A DNA stretch of 64,000 nucleotides, taken from contig CAVNZM010000011.1 in assembly GCA_963693365.1 (NCBI GenBank), positions 3,391,098 through 3,455,097 of the forward strand. Direction: 5' to 3'. Below the pieces are notes generated by a model that saw only the letters and a program-made list of their open reading frames with translations, was not told the origin of the DNA and did not search any database. Origin of the DNA: Amoebidium appalachense. Taxonomy: Eukaryota > Protista > Ichthyosporea. Shown one piece after another: positions 27,274-40,954 of the stretch (position 1 is the first letter of the stretch; the number at the start of each line of letters is the position of its first letter). Both the position numbers and the translations under genes were made by a program.

Positions 27274-27711
27274 TACACACACTCATCACTCGCACACATT
27301 CAATCCCCCCCCCCCCCCCCCCCCCCCCCCTTCCCCATACACACACACGCACAAAAATGCACTCACCCACACTTTCACACACTAACGTAAACACACACAC
27401 ACACACACACACACTTCCATCACACACACAGAACGAGCAAATTCTCTCGGAGATGGTCGAACGTGAACGCCGCCTCCGTGCCGAACTTGCAGAGAAGGAC
27501 GAGAGGTCGAAAAAGGAAACAGAGCGGTTAAAAGAAGAGTGTTCGAGGTTGGAGAGGGAGAGGGAGTGTGTGGTGTGTTTGGAGGGGGGAGAGGAGGGTG
27601 GTGTATGGGTGTGGGCACCTGGCTGTGTGTGTGGGGTGCGATGGGAGGATGAGCGAGTGTCCGTGTTGTCGGCGAGAGGTCACGGTGCGCATACCGTACT
27701 TTTTACCGTAG
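24516..27711 (+). CDS. Coiled-coil plus C-terminal C3HC4 RING-finger protein (putative E3 ligase), 5 exons; one extra G in the run near 27584-27589
   Basis: Phase-consistent GT-AG exons 24516-24579, 25384-25653, 26134-26267, 26568-26666, 27432-27711. Removing one G gives CVVCLEGERRVVYGCGHLAVCVGCDGRMSECPCCRREV. Confidence 0.75.
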
Positions 27712-28637
27712 ATTTCTTTTTTACCGCGATTTGTGGACAATTGTTGCAAGATTGTGTTGCAATTGGTACGGTATATACGTACAATATATGTATGTTGTCC
27801 AACCTTTTTGGACGTTTGGATTTTGCGGCTATTTGCAGAATTATTGGGATCTGTGTGGTCCAATTAGGTGAGCAGCAATGGTTAGGCCTAGCTAGGCCAG
27901 GAGTGCATGTTATCTTCGGTGAGATATATTGGTGCTTTCCTCTCCATATACAATCTCAACTAGGCCATCCGATTGAGGCCAGCCGATGTTTTTAAAAGAA
28001 TCATTCACTCAAATCCCCCCATACCGTTTTCAAGTTGCACCCAACACATCTATGCATTCTTTTTTTGCCTTTGGATGTTTTGAGGGTAGAAAACAGGTTA
28101 GGGGTGCGCGTGTGAAAACCGAGGTCACTTTTTTGCCTCTCGGGGTTCTGTGGATAGTCCAAGGGGGTCTGCGGTTTTCTTCATTAGTGTGCAAGCGCGT
28201 ACAGAGATGTGTGTATTTGTTTTCTGAGATTTGTATATCTCATGGCCCTAAATTGGGTGTATATCAAATATATCTACCGAGGCCCTTGTGCCACTGTTAT
28301 AACATGGTCTTGCTCGGAACCCGAGCTATAATAATAATTACCGTATGCTTTCTACGGCCTGATTGGTGCTTGTTAATAAAAAGTGTGTAAACCCTATTTG
28401 TCCCCAATGAATGGTAATTTCTGTCACCAAACCGCCCAAAATTAATCCTGGACAACTCTGTCATGCTTTATGACACTGTTCGCAAACTCGTGAATATACG
28501 TTCAGATGCAGGGGTCACATGCTGAAGACCGGAGAGGGGGGGAAAAAAGGTGTGGGGGCAAACTTCCAGTTAGTTTGGTTCATTGCGACGGGCCTTCCCT
28601 ACATGATTGGACAAAACACTGTCCGATGACGTAAAAT

Positions 28638-28674
<37 letters not shown>

Positions 28675-29185
28675 TGGGTTTGAATGCAGAACACGGTAGG
28701 AAGTACACATACACGACAGAAGCATGGTCGGTGCAGGCAACATCAGCAATGCGCACCGTAATAGTATGCGTCATAGGCAGAGCCCATCCTCAAGGAGGAC
28801 CCAAGTCATCAATTGCATCTGAGTTTCGGCCCCTGAGCCCGCGTATATACGACTCTTCTTAACTCAGACAACAGCATTAATTAACTGAACTGGCCAACCC
28901 CTCTTGATCAAGGCCCCAGGGTTGCTTATATGCAAACAAGATGACCGAAACGTGTGTGGGCAAAACTAATACAGCATGCAGCAAAAAATGCGTATGTGCT
29001 TACAGATAAACGACACAGCACCCATGCCTGGTTGCATGGGGGTAGGGGGGGGGGGGGGGGGGGGACGGTTTATAAACCTAGCTGAACGACAGACGAGTCG
29101 TCAGGCCCCTACCTATTGCGGGGTTTTCGTGGTGGTGGTGGTGGTTGGTTGGTTGGCCGAGAGGGGGGGGAGGAAGGGGGGGGAA

Positions 29186-29223
<38 letters not shown>

Positions 29224-29224
<1 letters not shown>

Positions 29225-29544
29225 TTAGGTAATACATAAACCTGGAAACTAAAACGAACGTACAGTCCTAGTATCAGCAAAATGAAAGCGCTAATTTTAT
29301 TTACATGTTCATACAGAGGGGGGAGGAAGGGGGGCCGGGGGAGGGGGGGGAAGGGGGGGGGGGGGGGGGGGGGGGGGGATAGGTAATACATAAACCTGGA
29401 AACTCAAACGAACGTACAGTCCTAGTATCAGCAAAATGAAAGCGCTAATTTTATTTACATGTTCATACATCACCAACTTCCAGATAGAAACGGAAATTAT
29501 TCCAAGCCACACCGTAAAAACCGAGTCAGAAAAAAAAGAGACCC

Positions 29545-29578
<34 letters not shown>

Positions 29579-29870
29579 CAGACTTGATCTACATATTCAT
29601 GCTGTACATTGTCACTAAGAGCTTCTAGGTGGGTAGAAATGTAAATGTTACGGATTATACAAAAAAAAAAAAAAAAAAAAGGCGCTGATTTTATCTGCAT
29701 GCGCATACCTCGAAAACTTCCATGTTAGAAACGTAATTACCGGATTATACAAAGAAAGAAAAGAATACGGGCGTTAATTTGATCTACATGTTCAGAACAT
29801 TGACACCTTTCAAGGTACGAAAGTAAATAGTGAATTATGTTAAGGAAGTGGGGCGAAAGGGAGGGAGAGG

Positions 29871-29908
<38 letters not shown>

Positions 29909-30010
29909 GAAAAAAAAAAAAAAAAAAAAAAAAAGAAAAAGGAAACGTTGATTTGATCGACATGTCCGCAGACCGAGATTGCATAGAAAAGTAAATACCG
30001 AGTCATAACG
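29224..30010. repeat. Degenerate tandem array (~6 units sharing GCGYTRATTTKATYTACATGTTCA), including a near-exact ~90-bp direct duplication
   Basis: ~29226-29314 recurs at ~29380-29468. The core motif recurs near 29287, 29441, 29577, 29681, 29769 and 29943. Confidence 0.7.
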
Positions 30011-30219
30011 AAATGCCCAATCCCCCCCCCCCCCCCCCCCCTACACACACAAAAAAGAAACACACACAAAAAAAAAGGGGGCGGGGGCGGGGGGGGGGGC
30101 CTCTGTTAGAAAATGCAGGGAACAGGAAACCAACAAACATCACATATGGAACTGAAATTGAGCCCGCCAAGTTGAACCACCCACCAGATCGGATAATCGG
30201 AAACAGACACACGTACTAT

Positions 30220-31301
30220 TCACTGCCCTGGGTTAAACCCATTCATGATTCGCCCCTGCAAACCAGTCACACCATATAAGGCAACAATGATGTCCGGAAG
30301 CTCCGTTCTGACCAATAGAATCACTTGCATAAAAAGAAACCCCGAAGCCAGGACAACCTCCCGTGTGGTAAGCGCGATGTACCGTCCTGGTTTCTGAAAA
30401 ACGGATTTAAATCTCCGGAAAAACCGCCTGAACCTGCCCGTGGGTGCTTCCGTTACATGGTGTCGAGGGATGACGCTGTTGTTGCAACGACCGCATAAAT
30501 TCTGAAAAACGGATTGAAATTTCGAGAAGGATGTTGTGGTGTCGGTTGAAAGAGAGTCCATAGGTTGCTGTGCGAGGGGGGGTTCATGCACATTTTTGTC
30601 CTGCACATTCACAACAATACCATCATGAGACCCATTAGAAATACCGAAAAACATGGTGGGGTCCTCCCCATCCATTACTACGGGTATTTCAGTTGCCTTT
30701 TCCGGTTCTCCAAGTTGATATTCATCGGTACCCTCGGGACAATCGGTCTCGAGGAGCTCGTATTCCCCCACTACGGTATTTTCATACCCGTATTTTGAGA
30801 CACTGCCGTTCACATTCGACAATCGGGTGCTCTCACGCCCGCACGGGGCAGGGAACCAGGGCCAAAACCTCCAACAAAGCAAGAGAACGGAGAAAAGACT
30901 GAATATAATCTCCGTAGCAACCCGAAATGCCAGCGGAAGAAATGGAAACAACGTGTTTAAATGGAAACGCTGCCTCCAGAGGGGTTGAAAGTATTGGTGG
31001 GTTAAGAAATTGGTGGTCGAACCCCAGGTAAATATGTCCATGAACAAGTGCAAAACTGCACTGGCGTATCCTAATTTCCATAGTTGGAAAAATGAAATTT
31101 GGTGGGATGGGTCGTGCCTGGGCCGACCACCGACGATGCAGAAGGTAAATGTTGAGATGAGAATGGACGAAATTAGGCTACCCAGTAACGTGTGAATAAA
31201 TTCCGCATGGTTGTCGAATGGGTAGAGAACAGAGTCCAAGTCGAGAAGACTGGATGCACAAAAGGTGATATAGGCCTGTGTGTGTGTGTGTGTGTGTGCG
31301 T

Positions 31302-31386
<85 letters not shown>

Positions 31387-32499
31387 TGCGCGCGCATGTG
31401 CATACGTGTGCGCTTGTGTGTGTTTGTCAACGGTGTTTACATGCGTGTGTCTAGGCTACAGGGGGGGGGGAGGGGGGGGGGGTCAGAATGTGGTACACAT
31501 AAAAGAGCGTGTCACGAATGTAATGGATAACGCCAAGCTATTAGGTTGATGATAGGCATTATGGTATCAATAGCTTGAGATTCACGGTATGGCATGATGC
31601 AATATCAAGAAGCCAGGGGTGGGGGGGGGGGGGGGGCAGGGACCGGGGTGGGCCCAGGAAGCGTGCGGATGGAAGGGGGGGAAAGGGGGGCGAGGGGGGG
31701 GGGGGGGGGGGGAGGGGGGAGGGGGAAGATTCACAGGAAACAATGAAAGTATACCAGAGCAAGAAAACCCGATCTTCTATCTTGGAGCAGAAAGACGTGG
31801 AGTTGTCCCCGAAGGTGGGGGGGGGGGGGGGGAGGGGGGTTATAGGGAGAGGGGGTTGGGGTGAGGGGCGGGGGTGAGGGGGAGGGGGGGGGGGGATCGA
31901 GGTCGGCACGTCCACATGGGAAAACGAAAGTGGGAAGATCGTGTGATGCAAAAGCAGGCTGTCAAGTGAAGAAGAAAAGAAAAAGATACCCAGGTGACGG
32001 ACTGAGTTACTTGATCCACAACGAAAAAACCCAACTGGTAGTAGTAGAATACGAGTTGGGGTGGGGGGTTGGGGGGATGAGCGGGTGGGTAGGTGGAAGG
32101 GAGAGGGGGAGGGGGGGGGGGGGGGGGGTAGGCACAGAAATGTGCAAATGGAATTTATCGAGGAAAAAAAAGAAGTTATGAAACAAACCGCTCAGAGATG
32201 AACTTGAAAGAGGAATTGTGTGTGTGTGTAGGTGGCGTGGTCGGGGGGAGGGGCGGGATCTAGAGCCTGGGGGTGGGGGGGGGGGGGGGGGGAGGGGTGG
32301 GGCGGGTGGGGGGAGAGGGGGGGAGGGGAGAGTGGGGCCGGGGGGGAGGGGGGGGGATGAGCAGATGAGGCTGGTTATCAGGTGCGCTTCAGGAGAAGGG
32401 ACTGTGGGGAGAGGCTACCTGAAAGAAGAGATCTTGGCCATGTCCACAGAGAATGGAGAGGAAGAGACCAGAGGCCAAATGGACAACCCCGTTAGGCAT
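30220..32499 (-). CDS. Membrane-bound metal-dependent hydrolase-like protein (YdjM/DUF457-like), 3 exons
   Basis: Exons 32499-32419, 32034-31990, 31275-30220 (GT-AG, phase 0). Motifs MPNGVVH..G, LLDLD, H..FIHTLLG, LHLFMD lie between hydrophobic helices. Confidence 0.7.
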
Positions 32500-34410
32500 G
32501 TTCGCCTTCACCGGCCTACGGACCAAGTCCTAGCTGAGAAGATCTTTTCTGTATCGACTTGGGGCTTGCTTTGCCCTTGCTTGCAGGAAGATGTTAAAGG
32601 TGTTTTGCGTCGCTTTCCCAATATTCAAGCTTTGTTCCGTGTGATACCAGCTACAGGGTACCTGAAGAGATCTGAACGATTCAAAGAGTCCTTGCAATTG
32701 TTCACGTACATGTGAACACGTTCTTATCAAACAGGTGGCTACTGCATGCGTTTTGGTGTCAGTTTCTGGCGCCTGTCCTGCAGCCTAAGCCCTCAATGAC
32801 AGGTCTAATCACTAGTAAAAATGTACAAAAACCGTATTATCCTCGCGACGTCAAAAAAAGTAGTGTACCACGTTCAGGCTACTGTCAGACTGTTCACTGG
32901 CCATGGCAGGTTCTTTCTTGCTTCTTGTATATTGCAGTGATAGTGCAACTAGTGCCTGGCGCGAATTGAGAGGTTCCCGGCCGCCACGGCCCACCGGCGT
33001 GACGCATGACGTCATGACGCGGCCGTGCCACTCGAAAAATTCTATTTTATCTTCTTATTTTTAGAAACACACCTACATTTTGGTAGCATCAATATCCCCT
33101 GCGGGCCGTGCTCGCACCATGTACCTACAAATAAGTGACGTCTTGATTACATTCGTCACCGGCCGGATCATTTTCTTTTCAAAAACCTTTCAAAAGATCG
33201 CACCATATATAGTTCGTAAAGTTGTGTTATGACTGGCTCAACTTCGCGCCAATATTCAGAAAAGCTGTTTATCCCCAAAGATGACGTTTGATTGGATAGA
33301 AGTTGGGGCGGGGTATCATATGGAATGCATGCGAATCTCGGGCAGATAAGTCTTTGCAGCCTAGCCAAAAAAACCCACTGGGCGTGCTCAAGGAAGTAAA
33401 TCCGGAAAAACGGGAAAAGAGTTGTATGTTTTCATTTCCGTGAAAGGTCACAAGACTTGTACACTCGATGAGCAAGTGAAACTTCATATCAGTTGGAATG
33501 TGAGCCGTGAATATTGGTCCAATCATATCACCGTATTCTTTGATATGACAAATCCCCCTGTACCTGGGAACGGTCATTAGACTGACTGATAACACATGGC
33601 CTCGGCCGCCGCCGCCGCGGGGGGTGCGGCATGAGTTCAGAGTTCAGAGTTCAGAGCAATGAAAATAATGAAAATAACTAAACTTTGTGACTACTTTAAA
33701 GTTGCTGAGATCATACGTGGTGCAAGCTGCACTATGAACACATGTATAGTGCTAGTAATTAATACATTTTTGTTGCCTTCTGCAGGGTTATCGTAGCTAC
33801 GTCACGGCCTGCACTCAGGGGGGGGGGGAGGGGGGGGGGGGGAGGAGGGGGGATGATTCGAAGGGGGTATAAATAAGAACATGCACCTAAAGGTCTTTCC
33901 CGTGGATCCTCCCCCCTCCCCCCCCCCACCTCTCCCTCCCCCGGGGCCCCATACTATGATATCTAGGCCCAATATTATATGCCCCTTCCCCCCCCCCCCC
34001 CCCCTCCCCTCTCCGGATCCCCGGACCCCACTTCCCTACCCGGAGGCTCAAGAGCTCCCCCCTTCCCCTCCCTCCCCCCCCCTCCCCCCCCCCCCCCCAA
34101 GGCTTACGGGGGCCCTTCTTCATCGAGGGGGAGGGGGTGGGGGTGGGGGGGTGGGGGGGAGGGGGTGGGGGGAGGGGAAGTGGAAGGCGGGGGTGGATGC
34201 ATGTCAGCCTAGGTGAATTCAATTGTTTAACTCCAGTGTGCAGGACTGGTCTGAAGGCTTAAGAAAACAACGAGGAAATGGGGTCCAGTGGAGGTGGTGG
34301 TGGTGTTCTGTGTGTGTGTGTACACGTGCACGTATGTGTGTGGTTTTTTTAAGGGGTGAGTGGTGGTGGTGGTGGTGGTGGTGGTCACCGTGGTGGTGGT
34401 GTGTGTGTCT

Positions 34411-34458
<48 letters not shown>

Positions 34459-34600
34459 GGGGGATAGAAAGAAAAACTGCTCGTGGGTCACTGTTTTTCG
34501 TCACTGTATTTGTAACGGGCCGCTCATATTTATATAACTACTTTAATTTAAGTACACGTGTTCATTATCATATACGATGGCCAAATATAGAAATTTTGGC

Positions 34601-35341
34601 GTCGAAGTTCTTGGAGCTAAAAAAACGTTTAAAAGGGGGAAATAATAGCTTGGCCCCAAATTTACCTTGCCGTTTTTAGCGAATGTATTTTTTATTCATG
34701 AGTTCTAGTGATTCAGTGAGTGCACGTGCCTGCCTCAGGCTGATCATGACAACTGCAACACACCATTCCTACATGGATATCAACCAAAAGAAAATAGTAT
34801 ATACTGTGGTGGTCTCCTAAACCTTGTGCGGCATGCGCATACATGATATTACAGTGACGCATGTGCATATTATTGTTCTGTACACCGGAGTGTGCCGGTG
34901 CACGTGGCTGTTTTGTGCACATGTTACAATAGCAGCACGATCTCCCTAAACTCCATGTTTACACATCCCTCACCCTGGCTCTGCCTTGTCGGTGCTCCAA
35001 AACACACATACAAATCCCCCTAGACTCAGTGCCTGCACATGGTCGCATTCACGTGCAGGTCACGTGACACATGCGATGCCATACTGCCGTCTACAGCAAC
35101 AACCACGGCAGCATGTATACCGGCCCAGCACGAAATATACTTATCGGCAGCCCACTGAACTCGCCCATTTTCTCTTTTTCATGTATGTCCCTCCTTTTTT
35201 GTAAAATCACCCTTTTTGGCCTCCCGGTAGTGGATTTTGCAGGATTTGACTTCTTTGAGGTCCAAAAACCTCAAATTTTCCCCGGCGGGGCCGGGGAGGG
35301 AGAATTCAAAAATTGCCCGCTCCTGATATGGTACCCGGGCC
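34601..35341 (+). repeat. ~740-bp dispersed repeat, copy A (probable non-autonomous element)
   Basis: Reverse-complement match along its length to 43422-44160, e.g. gtcgaagttcttgga.. and ..attgcccgctcctgatat.gtacccgggcc. Confidence 0.9.
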
Positions 35342-35867
35342 CGCCGCCGCCTCACATACGCAATCATCAAAACCCGTCTTGCATTGCCTCTTACCACACC
35401 TTGCCTCGAGGTCGATTGTCTATGATGAAATTATGGTTTTTGCCTGTTTTCGCTACGAAATAGGCGCCGGACACCCCATGTTGCTTATACAAAAATTGCT
35501 TGTCGCTTTGTTTATCAAATAATTTACTAATGGAGCAAAACCCCTTTTCTATTCAGATTATTAATTATAAGCATTATAAGCAGGATTTGGTATATGACCG
35601 CCGATCACTCAGCCCTTCATTCCGCCAGTTCGGCTGGCTGGATCTCTCTAGAGCGAAGCAAACACATTGAGATTCTCAATTAGTAAATCTAAATTGGTCT
35701 AAAGCCTTCGTTTGTCAAAGGAACTTCGTTGAAGAAGGTGTTTCCACGAGCGAGATAGCCGTTTTGAAACAGAGTATTGCCAGGAATCAGTAAGCACCAA
35801 GTATAGTAAGCACCAAGTATAGATTAGACATCGCAGCTCGGGTGTTCCTTGTTACTGTAACGCAAAC

Positions 35868-36769
35868 ATGGCGCGCATCCAAATCATCCCAACGGCGCTG
35901 TGTTTTGTGGGCTTTGTCCTCCTGTTGGTAGGAGTAGCCACCAGCAACTGGATGCGTATATCTGAAACTGCAATGCAGTCCTGTATGTCCTCCCCCCACC
36001 CCCCCCCCCCCCCCCCCCCCCACCACCACCACCACCACCATCACCACTACTACCTTCGATGGTGCTTGCTCTTTGTGTGTACTCTGCAACTTCTGCTTTG
36101 CGGTGTCCGTCGTGAATGTGTAAATGGTACTCTGTAACGCAACCTAACCTCCCCTCCAACCCCCTCCCCCCTCTCTCCCCTCTCCCCTCCCCCCCCATCC
36201 CCTTCCCGCTTTCCCCCCTCCCTTCTCTTTCAACCCACAAGCACAGTCAAATACTTGATCACATTGTGACCACAACATAAACATCCGATTGTTGCCACAA
36301 TGGTACCATCCGATGGTCCCCAGAAATTCGATCTACTTCTACCCTTGCTGCACTTCTTGTCCCTCTTTCACTATTGGACCCCTCCCTTCTCGCCCATGTG
36401 TTCGTGTGCGTGCTCTGTATTTGTCCATCTCGAGCTTTGTGCCCTATAACACCCTCTCTTTTTTTTCTGAAACCCTCTCCCCTTGCCCCCTCCCCCCCCA
36501 ACCACCCGCCCGTCGTCCCTCACCCCTCCCCTTCCACACCCACCAGTGACCACGGTATTCGCCACACCATGCACAGACACACACAATAAAATCAAGCAGC
36601 AGCTAAAACTGCACCTAGATCCACAAGGACCTTTAAACGAAAATACAGTTGCAAACACATGATCATGAACAACAGTGCTCCGCAAGCACACCTACAAGGA
36701 TACATACATACAGGCACAGTCCTTCGTTTGATAACTAGCCCACAGTCGAGCTCACAAATAATATAAAAA

Positions 36770-36803
<34 letters not shown>

Positions 36804-37155
36804 CCGCTCCTCGCTCCTCCCCCCCTCCCCCCTCCCCTCCCTTTACCCCAACCCTTGTGATGGTGAATTCCGCACTGCCCATATCACATAACCCCCCCCC
36901 CCCCCCCCCAACTCCCCTCCTTAACACACTTACGCTCATCTCTATGACCTGTCTCGCCAAGTCACCCAATTCACAACCATAACCACCACGTCCCCATTCA
37001 TTACCTCTCCAACACACACACACACAGACACACAGACACAAACACACACACACACACACACACACATAATCGCCTTTGGCACACACAAACTTACTTGTTC
37101 ACACTCACCCCAACCCCTCATCCACCCCTACTGCCCAACATGTCGACCCTCCCCC

Positions 37156-37191
<36 letters not shown>

Positions 37192-37807
37192 AGGCATAGG
37201 AACCCCCCTGATGATGGGCTCTGTTCAAGTGTCTTCAGCCTGCACGCTTGAATTGTTTGATTTTGGATTTCCCACTTTTGTGACGTTTTGTTGTTGCTCT
37301 TTGTTGTCTCCTCCATATTTCCAACCCTCTAACGCATACATCACCCCCCCCTCCCCCGGCCCCCCCTAAACCAGCTCCTTAGGCTATCACTCTACACACC
37401 TCGACGTTTCATTTCTATCCACAAATCACCAAGCACCCCCCCCCCCCCCCCCCCCTCCTCCTCCCTCCCCCTCCCCCTCCCCCCCCCCCCCCCCCCCCCC
37501 CCCCCCACCACCACCACCACCACCCACCCACCCACCCCATCAAACCACCCCCCTCCCCCCCCTCCCCCCCCTCTCCCCCCTCAAAAAAACCAAACAATTT
37601 CAAAGTAAGCAAACAAGCAAGCAAACAACCAAACACACCAACACACACACACATGCGCACAGTCAAGGACACCAACAGCACTCTACAGCACCTAGGCCTC
37701 TTCCAGGCCTGCTACATATCCGACATCAATGGAGGGACTGATTGCACAAGCATTAACTGGTACTGCGATGCAATGGCATGCTGGTACTATGAGGTAACCA
37801 AACCCCC

Positions 37808-37839
<32 letters not shown>

Positions 37840-38308
37840 TTCTCCCTCCCTCCGCCCCTCCGCCAACCTCCACACACATACACACGCGCGCGCACATTTT
37901 TTCTCGCTTCTGCTTACTGCGGCAACTTCTGCCACCGGTTTTTCACACTGCCCTTGCCTGCTGCCTGATCGCATAAGCAACCGTGCTTGTCCCTGATCAA
38001 GACAGGTGACCCACCCATGCTCAAGTGAAACAGTGTCTGAGTTAGAATTATGCTTTAATAATACAGTCACCGCTCGATATATCCCCCCCTCCCCCCCCCC
38101 CTGGTTACACTCTGGGGGGGCGTTATATCGTAGGGGGCACTATGTCGTAATGTATCCGTGTTCAAATCCTGCCCGAGACCCCAAATCGGTGACATCACGG
38201 GGGGGAGCTATATTGGGGGGGCGCTGTTGATGATCTTTATGTGTCGGCTGAGTTGGCTTGATGTTGTCCCTTTTAAATGTGCACTTCGCATTATGTGACA
38301 CAATCTAG

Positions 38309-38347
<39 letters not shown>

Positions 38348-38668
38348 ACCCCCCACACACACACACACACCCACCCCACCCACCCTACCACCCACCTACC
38401 CACCACAACACACATATATCTCTCATGCAGTCTTTACGGCTTCCCTCCCCCCTCCCCCCCCCCCCCTCCCCCCCCTTCTTCCCCCCCCCCTCCTCCTAGG
38501 CCCACTGCGGTTGACTCCCCCCCCCCCCCCCCCCCCCCCCGTGCTTGATGTATGTTACCCCCGTTACACACTTCCGCTCGCCCCCTCCCGTCCCTCACCC
38601 TATATTCCATTTTTTTATACCCGGCATCTGCATGGTTGAGCCTGTTCCCTCTCCCCCACCTCTCCCCC

Positions 38669-38718
<50 letters not shown>

Positions 38719-39503
38719 ACGCACGCACACGCACACACAGACACTCACACCCCTACCATCACGATGCTCATTTCCCAACCAACTCATGCAAGTTCGGGAT
38801 TCACAACTCCCACACTCCCACACAACTCCCAACGCCCGCACCAAACCAGCCAATATGTTTATTGGTTCACCTTGCCTATTGTGGTCACCATATAGAAAAG
38901 TCATATGGTTAGCAAGGACTGGGTGGAAAGCGGGGAGATGAATGATTAGAGGTACTGTATCATCAAGAAGGTCGTATTTCCTTACCATTTTCCCGTAAAT
39001 TTCACAGAGCGGGGTCTATCGCTGCGTCTCGGCCAACATCTGGCCCCTGGGCAACTGCGCAGCCTTCCAATCTACACGTGTACTTGCCGTAATCACTCTT
39101 TTTGTCTCAGTCGCCGCCGTCGGCTATTTTGTCGCTATTACAATCACGCGCGATCCATCGAAATTCGGGTTTGTAGCATCTTCTATCGCGTTGGCGGCAG
39201 GTCTGGTGGGGATGATTGCAATGTCTGTGTGGGTGGGTGCTGTCTTTAACCAGACGTCAGAGAACAAGTCGGTGTCCAGGTTCTTTAATCTGCACTGGAG
39301 TTTCAGCCTGTTTGTCTCGGGATGGGTCATCATTCTCTGCAGCGGGTAACTTTTCTTCTTTTTCTTTGCACCCCACACACGCGCGCGCACACACACACAC
39401 ACTACACACAGACTAACACTCACATAGCTCAGGCACCAAAAACACCACTTCTCCCCTCCTTCCCTCTGCCTGGGATACCCTTTCCTCGTTTCTATTTTCC
39501 TTT

Positions 39504-39553
<50 letters not shown>

Positions 39554-39871
39554 CACCACCTCCACCACGGTCACCACAACCACCCATCCACCGTTTCAGA
39601 TGTGTCGGTCTTCCGTCTTGAAACTTTTTTGTTTATCTTGGGTGATCCATGCCTGATACTTGGTGTGCTCTTTCTTTGCCACCCATCCCCCTCCCCCCTC
39701 CCCCCTTGCCCTCCCCACCTCCGTCCCTCCCTCCCCCCCCCCCCACCCCCCCCTGCCGTCGCGGCCCCCCTCCTCCTCCCTCCCTCTTGCCCGCTCCCCC
39801 TGGACACTTGTGTTGCATTGGCGGCGTTGTTGTAGCCAGCTCAAAAAGTGTGTGTGTGCTTTTTTTTTTTT

Positions 39872-39902
<31 letters not shown>

Positions 39903-40417
39903 GGGGGTTACGTGTATGCATGTCCGGAGAAGTGCATGTGTCTGTTCATGTGACGGGCTTGTGTGGATACGGATGTGTGAATGTGTGTTTTTGTGCCGCT
40001 GTGCTTCGTGTTCTCTGGGCGTTTATTCTGCCAGTGTGCTTCTATGCCCGTTCTCTTCCCTTTTTCCTGGCGTTTTTTTTATTTTTTTGTTTGTGTGTGT
40101 TTGTGTGTCGAGACTGTGCAGCCTGCCCCGCCCCGAGGGGCGGCGGCGGGCGCGCGCGGAGGGGGGGAAGGGAGGGAGGGAGGGATTGTAGTGTGTTTTT
40201 GTGTGTTTGTGTGTATATGTACTGTGTAAATGTGTTGCATCTATCTATCCGCGCTTGTCATAAAACTTACTCTTTTTGCTTCAGGATTGTCGGGGCAGTT
40301 CTTGCCTTCCGGCTCAAACAAGGCTACACCGGTGATGAGGACGGGGAGATGAAGGATAAAATCACCGGCAAAGAGCCGGCACCAGCGCAGGAGCCTGAAC
40401 AGTATGAGATGCGTTAA
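35868..40417 (+). CDS. Claudin/PMP22/EMP-like tetraspan membrane protein, 4 exons
   Basis: Exons 35868-35982, 37663-37793, 39008-39345, 40285-40417 (GT-AG, phase-consistent). Four TM helices, first loop W..GLFQAC..C signature, and a WSF motif before TM4. Confidence 0.85.
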
Positions 40418-40876
40418 AAATTTAAAGGTTTTAATGGTGTGTGTTTATTGGTTGGTCATGGTTGCATGTTAATAGGTGGAAAAGGTAAGAACACATGCCT
40501 TGCAAAGATTGTGTGGTGGTTATGACTATAGGATGGGTGTTGATAGCATTCATCAATTTGGGGTGAAACTGTAGAAGTTTATTTTGAAGGATTATATAGA
40601 TCCATGCGAGAATTGGGGGTTTTGGGTGAGTTGGTGGGAAATGGAATATAGTTGATAGATCGATGAACATCTTAGGTGGCACCCTGTACCTACTTGATGT
40701 TGTTTAAATAGGACTATTAAAGAATCTGGCTGCCAATCATGAGGGTTGGTTAGATGTAATCTCCAGTCGACGTCTAGCAGATTCTAAATTGCAACTCAAA
40801 GGATGATGTCGCTGAGGTGTCAAGGTGACGATCGTGCTCGGAAATGCGCTGGACACACACACACACACACAAGGCA

Positions 40877-40954
<78 letters not shown>

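Noticed and set aside
29224-30010. CRISPR-like repeat-spacer array
   Set aside because: Repeats are too degenerate, spacers are variable and related to each other, there are no cas genes, and the context is eukaryotic.
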